Origin: Azolla caroliniana
Lineage: Eukaryota; Plantae; Polypodiophyta
Reading direction: 5' to 3'
NCBI GenBank assembly: GCA_043228905.1
Contig: JBHGNT010000004.1
Location: 25,668,001-25,732,000, forward strand
DNA length: 64,000 nt
The notes beneath the pieces are model-generated. The model saw only the letters and a program-made list of their open reading frames with translations, was not told the DNA's origin and did not search any database. A program made the position numbers and the translations under genes. Positions 53,976 to 64,000 of this stretch are shown in pieces. Numbering within the stretch: the first letter of the stretch is position 1; the number at the start of each line of letters is the position of its first letter.

Positions 53976-56900
53976 TTAGTTACCCTTGCAAATCCAGCAT
54001 GTCAACTCCTTGTCATCGTTGAAACTTGAATAGACTGATGGGACATGGCTATCAGGTAAGAATAGAGACGGCATAGTTGAGGAAAAGGTCATGGGGTTTT
54101 CTAAGGCGATCTCAGTCTTTGACCGCTCTTCATTGGCTTTTGGGCTCGCAAAGAGGTTGTCCGGAAGATTGTGCACATTGCTGGAAAGACATAGTCGAAA
54201 CCAACCAAACATTTAAGATTAGCACTTTTTTCGAATTAAAGTTGAATGTGCATATACTCAGAACACAAAATCCATACTACCTCAATTCACTATCGTCCCA
54301 CTTATCGTTTGGTACATCATTCTCACTTGGATCCCCATCCAAGACATCCAAAATGTAGCCAAACGCACTAGAAACTTGAATGTTATTGAGGTCTGCAACA
54401 TATAACCCTGGTGGTTAGAAATGAATAGGCATAGCTTGTTTAAGCTTGTGGACATTAGCAAGACTTCTGTTGTGCCCCTAGAAACAAGAGTGTTGTTGTC
54501 ATTCACCAGAAAGAACGAGATGAAATGCAATTAGAATGCTTCATATACTCAAGACAATCCAACATCTCCAAGGGAATGAATTCATCCTTGGATCCATTTC
54601 AGCGAATGGAATGGAATGGATCGGGGTCATCGGATTTACATGAAATACAGTTACACGTTAAATGCCCAAGATAACGTCGTGCCAAGACAATGCTTTCAAA
54701 TCGTATGTGGGTGGGCGGGCGGGCATGCACAATGGGCGGGACTTGTCATGGGTGTTATAACTTGTTAGGGACGTATATAAGGCAATACCTTCTCTACAAG
54801 ACAATACATGCTGCACCATTGTGCTTGTTTAGCATACAATACAATACAATGCAATGTCTTCTTATGGATTTGAAGACACTCACCATCAGCTCCTTTGGCT
54901 CCTTCACTAGCAGAGGATGAAGAAAGGCCATTGGAGCCATAGCCATAGGGAGGAGGGCCTTGTATGGGTGCTGGTGAAGCCGGACCCAGAGCCATCGTCC
55001 CTCCTGCCATATACATTTGGGGCGAATCATTGAAGTGCATATCGATGAAACGCAGTCTTTCGGCTTCCAGAGACGATTGTTCGCTAATGTGGCGGCGCAA
55101 TAGATTGTGGTCATCCAGGAAGTTAATGCCTGCGGGCGGTAATGGATATGAGATATTTTTGTGTCAGGTTTTGCATTATCATTGCCTAAGTAAGTGAACA
55201 CTTAGAAGACACAGACAGTTTAATCTTGTTAAAGAAAGAAGAACCTGTAGGGGAGTGCGGGAAATCACGGCTATCGAAGCTACGGCTCGGCAGAAACCTC
55301 GAGTGATCCCTCTCCACGACCCGGCGATTACTGCAGAAGGAAGAAGAAGAAGAAGCCATTATCATACAGTACCAGAGAATGATGAATTCTTTGAGTAGAA
55401 GCATGAGCTGAGAAGTTAGATTGTGAAAGAGCCAATTCATTGTTACCTGTCATTGTGCTTGGTCTTCTCCTTGTAAGGCTTCACTAGTACCCTAGCCCCG
55501 CAGATGTAGTGAGGGTTGCCTTTGGATAGGATGGCTTTCACTGTCTCGGGGTACATGAATGTGACAAAGCCGAACATTCTCTTCTGTTGGAAGGGGATCC
55601 TCACATCCTGGACAGGCCCATATCCCCTGTTGAGAACCCAAAAAAAAAAGGAAAAGAAACAGAAAATGGGATGTTAATTTCGATACGCCATTGCTTGCAA
55701 ATTCAGTATAGGCGCAAACGGAAACTTGATCGAAGTCCCTAGTTTTAGGATGCGATGGGATCCCGAAAGTGGTTGAATCAGATTGATTGAACCCCTCACT
55801 CGGGTGGTCTGATCGGATTGGAATTATTCTTTTGATACTCCACAATCTCTCATGATTAACTTCAAACAATATGGATCAGAGGGATCATCCCTAGATTGTC
55901 AAAATCAAATCGGATTGAAAACCAACCTATTGGATCGAATTCCACAAGTCATCGAATCACATCAAACCCATGAATGGTTGCATCAGATCAGATTGGATCA
56001 GATGTGTTGGTCTTCCACAACCACTTCTACCTGATCTGATGGGTCAATTAGGTTAGGATCAACACTTTTTCTGATCGGATTAACATTGAGATTCCGATCC
56101 GACCGAAAGTTCATAGGCAAATGATTGATTGATTGATCAATCCACATTCATCAATCCATTGAGATTGAGCAAATGAACAAATGAGTAAATGAGCAAATGA
56201 GTATAGAGTATGGAGGTTTTCGGACCTGAAGTATCCGGAGACGTCTTCCTCCGAGAAGGTACTTTCGGCGGGGAATGTGAGGTAGATCTGACGGGAGCCG
56301 GCGGAGTTTGCAATGCTCAAATGGTCGATATCCCGTTGCTCACCCCTGTGAGCAGTAAACCTGAGGGCATCCTCAGCTAATACAACAGCATGCTGGCCAT
56401 GAGGTCTGTGTTTTACCAATTCGGTATTTGAGTGAGGACTCATGATGAGAAGAAGGAAGGAAGGAAGAATCAGAGAAGAAAATGCTCAGAAAGAATCAGA
56501 CATATTCCAAAAGAATGCTCAAAAGAGTGAAGGGAGGGGAGGAGTAATTCAAATGTGCCTGTTTTTGTGGTATGTGAGTGTATGTGTACATATACATACA
56601 TATGTGTATATGTGTACCTGTCGATGAGCGTGACGGTGTTCTTGAGGCGGGCGAGGAGCTTGGTGAGGCTAAACCCGGCCTTCCCGTGGCGCTGGGACTC
56701 GGTGAGGTAGCCTTCGGCCTGGAGGGTTCGTCCGAAGCGCTCGTAATAGAGCTGAGGTAGGGACGCGATGGACACGGGTGCCCGCCTCCCCCGAAGGAGC
56801 TCCTCCAGCTCCCCCTCCAGCCTCTCCAGGGATCCCTGGTTCACGGACATCCCGTCATCATCGCTGCCTCCGCCGCCACTGCCACTGCCACTGCGGGGGC

Positions 56901-58095
56901 TCGGGTGATCGCGTGGCCCGAAGAATACATGAGGAGGAGGAGGATTTGAGGCGGCAGCATTAATAGAGTTGGAATTGGAGGAGTAGGAGTAAGGGGAGCC
57001 GGGTTCGGATGATGCCGAGGTCGGGGGGGTGCTCACGTGGAGGAACCTGCAATTGGATCCATGCTTACAGTAGCCACGGCTGTAGTAAACGCAGGGCTTC
57101 CATGCCGATGCCGCCGCCGATGCGGAAGAATCCGGAGAATCCGAGAGGGATAAGACATTGTAGCTCGCCCGTGGGGTCATGGCCGCGGTGCCGGTGCCGG
57201 TGCCGGTGCCACCGCCCGCAGCACGCAGGTTATGGTTGTTATTACTGTTGCTCCCATAGATCGCGTGCTTCTCCGCCAATAGGGACGAAATTAGGTCATG
57301 GTGCTGGGGCGGCGCAGGCATGATAATGTCATGATGGTGAGAAATGGCTGCCGCCTCACGATGGTGGCTGTGCAGGTGCTGCTGCTGCTGCTGCTGCTGT
57401 GGGGACATGAGCTCGTGATATTGTGGATGGGGATGCGGTGAATTGCTATTGTTGTTGTTGAATAAGCTGCTATGATCTGTCATGAAATTGGGTGAGGAGA
57501 AATGGCGATGGTGATGGTGATGGTGATAGGACGGTGATTGCGAGCTGAGATTTAGGGTTTCTTTGAAATTTAGGGCTTCAGCTGGATGCTCCGTGTATAA
57601 GTAGCTATTTGTTGCAGAAGGAGTTGTTGTAATGGTGGTCATCGTTGCAGGAAAAGGCTCGGATGGGAGAATAAGAGGAGTCGGTGTGGGAGCCGAGGTT
57701 ATGGCCGAGAAGAAAGAAGGCAAAGGTCGGGAGAGATGATGATTCGCAGGTATAGTCTGTGGCGATGACGATGGCGGATCAGCTGAGCTCTGCGCAGAAG
57801 AAGAAGATGAAGAAGAAGACGATGATAATGATGATGATGAAGAAGAAGCAGACGACGACGAAGACGATGAGGAGGAGGAGGAGGAGGAATATGAGGACTG
57901 TTGTTGTATGATTATCTGTTGCTTGGCTATGGCGATCAAGCTCTGGATCTGAGCTTCTGAGCCGAAGGCTAATCTGAACATCTCTTGCTCGCCTTGGTCT
58001 TGGAGGAGAAGGTAGCCCATCACTTTAGACGCCATATCTGGCTCCTGTGACTGTACCCTCGAGTACACCAGCTTCGTTGCTTCGTATGCATCCAT
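53976..58095 (-). CDS. C3H18: CCCH zinc finger / LOTUS (OST-HTH) / RRM RNA-binding protein, C3H18-like
   Basis: Exons 56618-58095, 56226-56405, 55447-55626, 55245-55330, 54884-55129, 54281-54392, 53976-54180. N-terminal MDAYEATK...[17 protein letters not shown]; [25 protein letters not shown]; [38 protein letters not shown]; [17 protein letters not shown]...[21 protein letters not shown]; C-terminal [11 protein letters not shown]. Confidence 0.92.
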
Positions 58096-58199
58096 GGCTA
58101 TGCCTTTCTACTTCTTTCTTTTTCTGTCGCTGAGTTCCGGGATATGTCTACGGATTTATCGTCTCTGTGGTTGAGCTTGCAGGATATGAGTTTCTTTCT

Positions 58200-58241
58200 G
58201 TTTCTCCCTCCCTCCCTCTCTCTTCCTCTCTCTCTTCTTCT

Positions 58242-58289
<48 letters not shown>

Positions 58290-58709
58290 CCCTGAAGCTG
58301 CCTCAGAGCTTCCTGGCTATGGCGATCTGATCAGTTCATCTTAATTAATCAGATCCACACATGAATCAATCAATAAATTAATTAATCAATTGGTTAAATT
58401 AATCAGATCAAATGGAGTTAGTATCAGAGTTGGGGAGAGGGCTAAGATCAGGAAAAATGAATGTGGAGATCAATTACATAATTACCCTAATTTCTCTGCC
58501 ACATGATCATCAGAGAAAGGCGGGCTGCAGAAGCAGATGCAGAAGCAGGAGCTCCGCATTGGATTGGCAGGAGGGGGGGAGTGGAGAGAGGTAGGGGAGG
58601 CCATGGAGTGAGCAGAGAAAGACAAAGAAGATAGTGTAGAGAGAGAAAGAGAGCGGAGGAGGAGAAAGATTTACTGCGAGAGAGAGAGAGAGAGAGAGAG
58701 AAGGGGTCG

Positions 58710-58741
<32 letters not shown>

Positions 58742-58819
58742 AGTGAAGAGATAGATTTTGCTGAGAAATTTACACTTTACTGTGGGGGTATTGCCATAGC
58801 CAGAGAGCTCGACAGAGAC

Positions 58820-58850
<31 letters not shown>
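58200..58850. promoter_or_regulatory. CT/GA-rich leader and proximal promoter of the CCCH gene
   Basis: Several (CT)n and (GA)n tracts directly upstream of the ATG at 58095; typical of plant 5'UTRs and BPC/GAGA sites. Function is inferred. Confidence 0.5.
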
Positions 58851-58910
58851 TACTGCTAGTATAATACAGCTGTCTCCTGTTGAAACAGGGAAGGAGAAGC
58901 TCCAAATGAG

Positions 58911-59155
58911 CCGCTAAATTTAGAGGAGGTTTTAATACACCCTCCAAATGACGAGGCGCGCTAACGTTAGCGGAGGAGCTAGGTCTTGCTAGGTCTTTGG
59001 GTGGGGGAGGAGGAGTCAGGAGGACCTCGCAAGTAAAGCGCCGCTAGATTTAGCGGAGCCCCGCGTTGAAGGCGCCTTCTAGGTTTAGCGGGCTTCGTCG
59101 TGTGAACGCGAGCTTGCATAGCGTCCCATCGCAGTCTGCCGCTAAATTTAGCGGC
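58911..59155. repeat. Cluster of CCGCTAAATTTAGCGG-type palindromes
   Basis: Copies at 58911, 58958, 59041 and 59138 (perfect 18 bp), plus a half copy near 59080. Confidence 0.8.
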
Positions 59156-59242
59156 GGCCCCACCAGTTCCTACGGAGATCCCCCCCAAACCCGCCCTCAT
59201 TGGTCGGAAATCCAGGATCCCAATCTCTAACCTGCACTCTGG

Positions 59243-59264
59243 CCAATAGGATCTAGCCACGTGG
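59243..59264 (+). promoter_or_regulatory. CCAAT-N9-CCACG (ERSE consensus) overlapping a G-box CCACGTGG
   Basis: Sequence ccaat-aggatctag-ccacgtgg. Motif match only. Confidence 0.45.
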
Positions 59265-59684
59265 ATGTCTTGCTTGACCCCACGAAACCCGACCAGAGAA
59301 AAGAAAGAGGAGAAAAAAAGGTGTGAAAAGGAGAGGAGGATGGCTCGTTTTTACATTTCAATTTAAAAAGCTAGACCACAAGGTCGTGGGCTCGATTCCT
59401 CCTCCCAACTTAACACACGCTCTTTTCAGAAGAAGGGATTCACACAAAGAGAGAAACAGACATGGCATTGACTACATTTTTTTTTTTGTATATATATATA
59501 TATATTTATATATATATACACACACACACACATAATGGTGCTCGATCCTTTCCTTAATCCAACCTCTCACAGTTCACTCACCCCCTGCCTGAACCTCAAC
59601 ACTACGCTCTCTCCTTTTGCTATAGATCCTAGCCACTACGGAATGTAGGGGGACGGGGTGGGTCTGCACACACGACATTCTTTT

Positions 59685-59721
<37 letters not shown>

Positions 59722-60699
59722 CTACGGGGCCGGTCTTATCCCATCGTAGATGCCGGCCTTATCCCATCATATATATCTCGTCGATCTCTCTTAGCTCGGG
59801 CCCATCCCATTGATCTTATTTGTCTTGACATGACACTAGTAATATCTTTTTATATGTCTCTCTTCTTGGTAGCTTCCATTGTAAGCATCGAAGGTCATAA
59901 CAAATTTGAGATAATGCAAGTTTATCCTTGCCTTAAGCTCAACAAATGGCATATGTTTCTCTGGTGTACATTGACAATAAATCTTTACATCTATCTACCT
60001 ACCTGCCTACCTACTTACCTATCTCTCTCATATATTTACTAAGGCTATACATTTGGAGGTGTGAGTTAAAACTTCAAATATCCCCAATCTATGAATGTGG
60101 TGAATGTAGAATCTTGTCAGGTTTTGTCTCATAGATCACAATTATTAGTCACTCATGTGCATGCAAAAGATCTCTCTTTCTATGTCATTTTTCTATTTTT
60201 ATTTATTTTGGCTATTACTTGAGTTCAATTTACAATATTTCTATTTCTCAAATCCTTCCATCAATTTACAAGTATCGATATGAAGTCCAAGTTGAACTCA
60301 TACTCTATTGGTCTCAACATTTTCCCTATTAGGTTTGTGCCTAGTGCTAAGCTACTTTTTGTCATCCATGTTCCCAACTAGATTCAAGCATTTTACTTCA
60401 TTAGAATCACCATGGTGTGTACACATGCATAGCCTTCTCTTCTCTACCTCAATTGGGAGATAGAGGACAAGGAGCATTGCACACTGTCATGTGAAGCTTT
60501 CATGTTCATCTACCAATATTTTCAATCATTAATTACCAAAAAATCACCATTAAACATAAGAACAATCTTAACAACATGAACAACATGTGGTTACATCCTC
60601 TGGTCAACCTCACAAGGATGGTAAAATATCACCATCTCTCTCTCAATCAAGAGACATTATACAAACGAGTGAATAACAACTTCATCTCACCAACTATAA

Positions 60700-61600
60700 C
60701 ATTATTATGGTGGGATATTGTATGGATAAGTTTGGAGGCAACAATGTTGAACATCAACTAAGTGAATGGGTTGAAAAACACAATAAGATAGTTCTAGGAC
60801 AAGCAGGTTGTGGGTTCCTCATTTGTCAATGGGGCACATTTGGAGAAGAGTTTACTTGAAGGTAGATCATTGCAATGTTGTTTTGTATATTTAAAGAAGG
60901 CTTTCAACAAAATCTCTAGGCAAAGTTGTATGAAAGAATGACAAGAGGTAAGGTACAAACATGCATCAAATCAATGATTTTGGGATTATTTACCAACAAG
61001 GAAGATGCAAGCTAATCAAAAGACAACGGCTTTTCTAGAGACTTCATGAGCCTAGTGGGAGGAACACAAAGATGTCCTAATCTATTTGGTTACTGGTATA
61101 TGTATTCATGATTTAGACGAGTTCTTGGTATGCTTCAAACTCAAAGAGTAAGAAGACACCAATTATGCAATTGAGGTGCATGAGGAAAAATTCTAATAAG
61201 GTAATGGACTAAAATAGATAAATTATGAATACAAAATGTTCATTGTCTTTAGGACATTAAGAGCATAATTCAAACCAAATGAAGGTCAATTGAACTTTAT
61301 GCCCTTTATTGAAAAAAAATTATGATTTCAAGTCACCTCTCTAAGACTCCATGGGAAATTGGACACATACCATAAAAAACCTTAAAAAGCAATTATCTTT
61401 CATCCAATTGGGTTCAAGAATTCTGAAATGGTTTATTAGATGAACTGGTTAGAAATTAATGGTTGCATGATGCTTACTCCAGCCATTCAATGATCATTGT
61501 CCTAGGAAATTTGTGGTACCAGAGTAATCAGCACCAAGGGACAAAGGGAAGGGTAATCCCCATTAAGAGTGAACTCAAGGGAAGGAAGATAACAATGCAT
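60700..61600 (+). mobile_element. Decayed non-LTR (RTE-like) reverse transcriptase relic
   Basis: FVYLKKAFNKISR echoes the FVDFKKAFD.V.R motif, followed by a TQRCP..LFG echo of GVKQGCPLSP.LFG. Heavily frameshifted. Confidence 0.45.
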
Positions 61601-63417
61601 GTGTCATGACCATGATTGTCAACATCATGTGTAAACTTTGATATGGAAGTGTATAATTTTGTGAAATCTAATCTAAGTGCATAGGACTAGTTATATTTTC
61701 TTTCCTAAAATCCTTCCTATATATGTTATTTATCCTCTGATTCCTCTCACATGAGGGCTCTTCTGACCTCCCAATCCTCTATGAGTCCGTTCATCTACTT
61801 CTCCAAGGTCCCACTTTCAATCTTTTGTTCCTCTAATCATCCTCTTGTTTGGGCTTCCCTTATTGCACTTGACTTCCCTGCATCTATACATATATGCACA
61901 TGACAATTCCTTTCATATTGTCCATTGTTGTGTTCATGTATATCCAAGCTCATTTCTCCAATCCATGATAGTTTGATCCACCTACAGAAGCTGATTTTTT
62001 CACAAGCCCTCATTGGGACAATATTTTGTCCACCTCCCCAAATCCATCCTTAAGACAATATTCGACTATTTCTATGGGAATTCTTAAGGCATTACAAATT
62101 TCATTGTTACGGGCACATTGCTACCAACGACTTACAGAATTGGATCCAAAGTAGAAAATAGGGTAATATTTGGTGGTATGGGACATCAATCTTTGTTCTT
62201 CTCCTTTACTCAAAGGTGATAAGTGTGGTCGAGCACCCTAAAACCATTGTTTTCCTAATGTAAGTAGAGTGGCTCGGGCTCTAGTTGAAGTTGTCATCGG
62301 TAAAAGAAGAAGAAGAAGAAGATAAGGCTCAAATAATAATATTTGGCCAATGATAACGAAAGAGCCAAGGGTTCAAACCTACAAAAGGCTATTGAAACAA
62401 AAAAATGATGCATACGTGATGATTTACAAAAGCGTTGGAGAAAAGCGTTCCATCATGTGCAAGAGCTTTGCATCATAGAACAAGTTCGATTGTGTTGAGT
62501 TCCAGAATCCACATGATAAATTTCAGTGAGTTCCATCATGGGTCTAATTAACATGACATTGAAAGGAACCCTAATGTTCGGTTCTCAAATGGCCACACCA
62601 AATTATTTTTCTTGGAGAATGGGGAAACTCTTCTTGCATAGAGGATAAGGTGAATTCAATGATTGTGGGTCAAAATGGAGAGTGCTAAATCATGAGGTTC
62701 AATTCTCGTGTCTCACCAAATTTTAGAGTTGCATCTCATGTTGTTGTTCAATGATCTATCGCATGTTGATCCACATAAAGTTGTTGCTAGGGGTGGGGGC
62801 AATGTCTTGAACTTGAGACCCAGTTCCTAATACCTCACGAAACCTATTAACGGCCCTACAATCGATGTCGAGCCTAGAAATCAAACCAATTTTCATAGCT
62901 CTCAAGCCCAAAAACCAAAGCACCCATTAAAAATTAAAATTCCTAAACTACTCCACACCCCTCAACTTATTTTATTCTATAACTACCCCCCATCCCTTAT
63001 CCACACACTCCTTAACATATATTTACGATTATATGTTAGGCCCTCTATCTAATATGCTACTTCTATAAGGAGGTCTTCAATGGATCCCTAGACCATAGCA
63101 TTGAAGGTTAGATATCCAATTGATACTTAACAAAGCATAACATTTAGGAGCTCATAAGAATCTGACATAGTGGACATCTTGAACTTCCACATGTTAAATC
63201 CCTTAGAGACTTAATATTTCCATTCATATATCAATATAGTCCCAAATGTATATAAAAACATGCTCATGTTGTCCCTTTTTTAGGAATGCCCATTATTACA
63301 TGACATTCGTTAATGCATAATAAATTGTAGCATGATAGGGACCCTTTACAAGAATTCTCATTTTGAAAATGCCTATGGTGCACCGAATTTTGAGTTGCTT
63401 TATGGTCCTCTCTCTAA

Positions 63418-63520
63418 GCCTTGTCAATAGGAGTCTTCCTCTCAGAGCCTTGTTAGTAGGAGTCCTCTTCACTAGGCCTTGTCAATAGGAGTCTTTGTCT
63501 GGGCCTTGTCAGTAGGAGTC
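63418..63520. repeat. Minisatellite, 4 copies of gccttgtca(a/g)taggagtc with period 27-29 bp
   Basis: Copies at 63418, 63447, 63476 and 63503. Confidence 0.88.
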
Positions 63521-64000
63521 TCAAGGCTTGGTTCCATTAATATGATCCATACAGTTGGTTAATACATAAATGAGGATACTTGCGCAACAATTCGAGACAA
63601 TCAACACACTCATATTCATGAAAGAATTTTAACTCAGAACACTAATATATTATTGCAATGAGTAGAAAATAATGATTGAGTAGATTAAGAAAAACGATTA
63701 CAATGTGTGAAAAGTAAAAAAGGAACGAGGACGAGAAGGCGATAAAACTTGCATTTACAATCCCCTTAGATTTAGTCAGTTGAGGAAAAGAAAGTAACCA
63801 AGAAGGCAATTATAAAACCTTGCAATTATAATAAAAATTAGATTAGGTTAAGGTAGACATGAGGACCAAATTCAATAAGATTGAAGACAAACAAGCGTGT
63901 ATGACTTGATGATCCTTTGCAACCCTCAAACACATTACATGGAAGACAATGTTTGAAATCCCTCTACCGAAAACCCACATTTAGAAAGAAGAAGAACCAC

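Noticed and set aside
59331-59406. Functional tRNA gene
   Set aside because: No foldable D or anticodon arm; reported only as a relic.
63418-63520. CRISPR-like repeat-spacer pattern
   Set aside because: Repeat of 18 bp with related 9-11 bp linkers, no cas genes, eukaryotic context.

Overview
AT-rich eukaryotic (land-plant) nuclear DNA with spliceosomal GT-AG introns. The style of the PLS-PPR protein suggests a fern or other seed-free plant; this is inference. Genes: an NPY/NPH3-type BTB gene (-, runs off the left edge), a PLS-class PPR-E gene (-), a group C TEY MAP kinase (+), a MORC GHKL ATPase with about 20 coding exons (-), a disrupted mitochondrial ADP/ATP carrier (-), and a CCCH-LOTUS-RRM (C3H18-like) RNA-binding gene (-). 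Between them lie a decayed L1/Tx1-like LINE with a nested solo-LTR-like insert, other retroelement relics and many tandem repeats. The most striking unexplained structure is a ~1.94 kb imperfect fold-back (two ~950 bp arms, ~30 bp loop) inside the 6.5 kb first coding intron of the silencing gene MORC. Its mismatches appear to favour pairing of the + (antisense) RNA. Other notable items: the LINE is bracketed by (TC)n tracts, a telomere-derived 29/58 bp higher-order repeat sits upstream of the NPY-like gene, and an exact ERSE motif plus a palindrome cluster lies upstream of the CCCH gene. All exon coordinates and alignments were read by eye.
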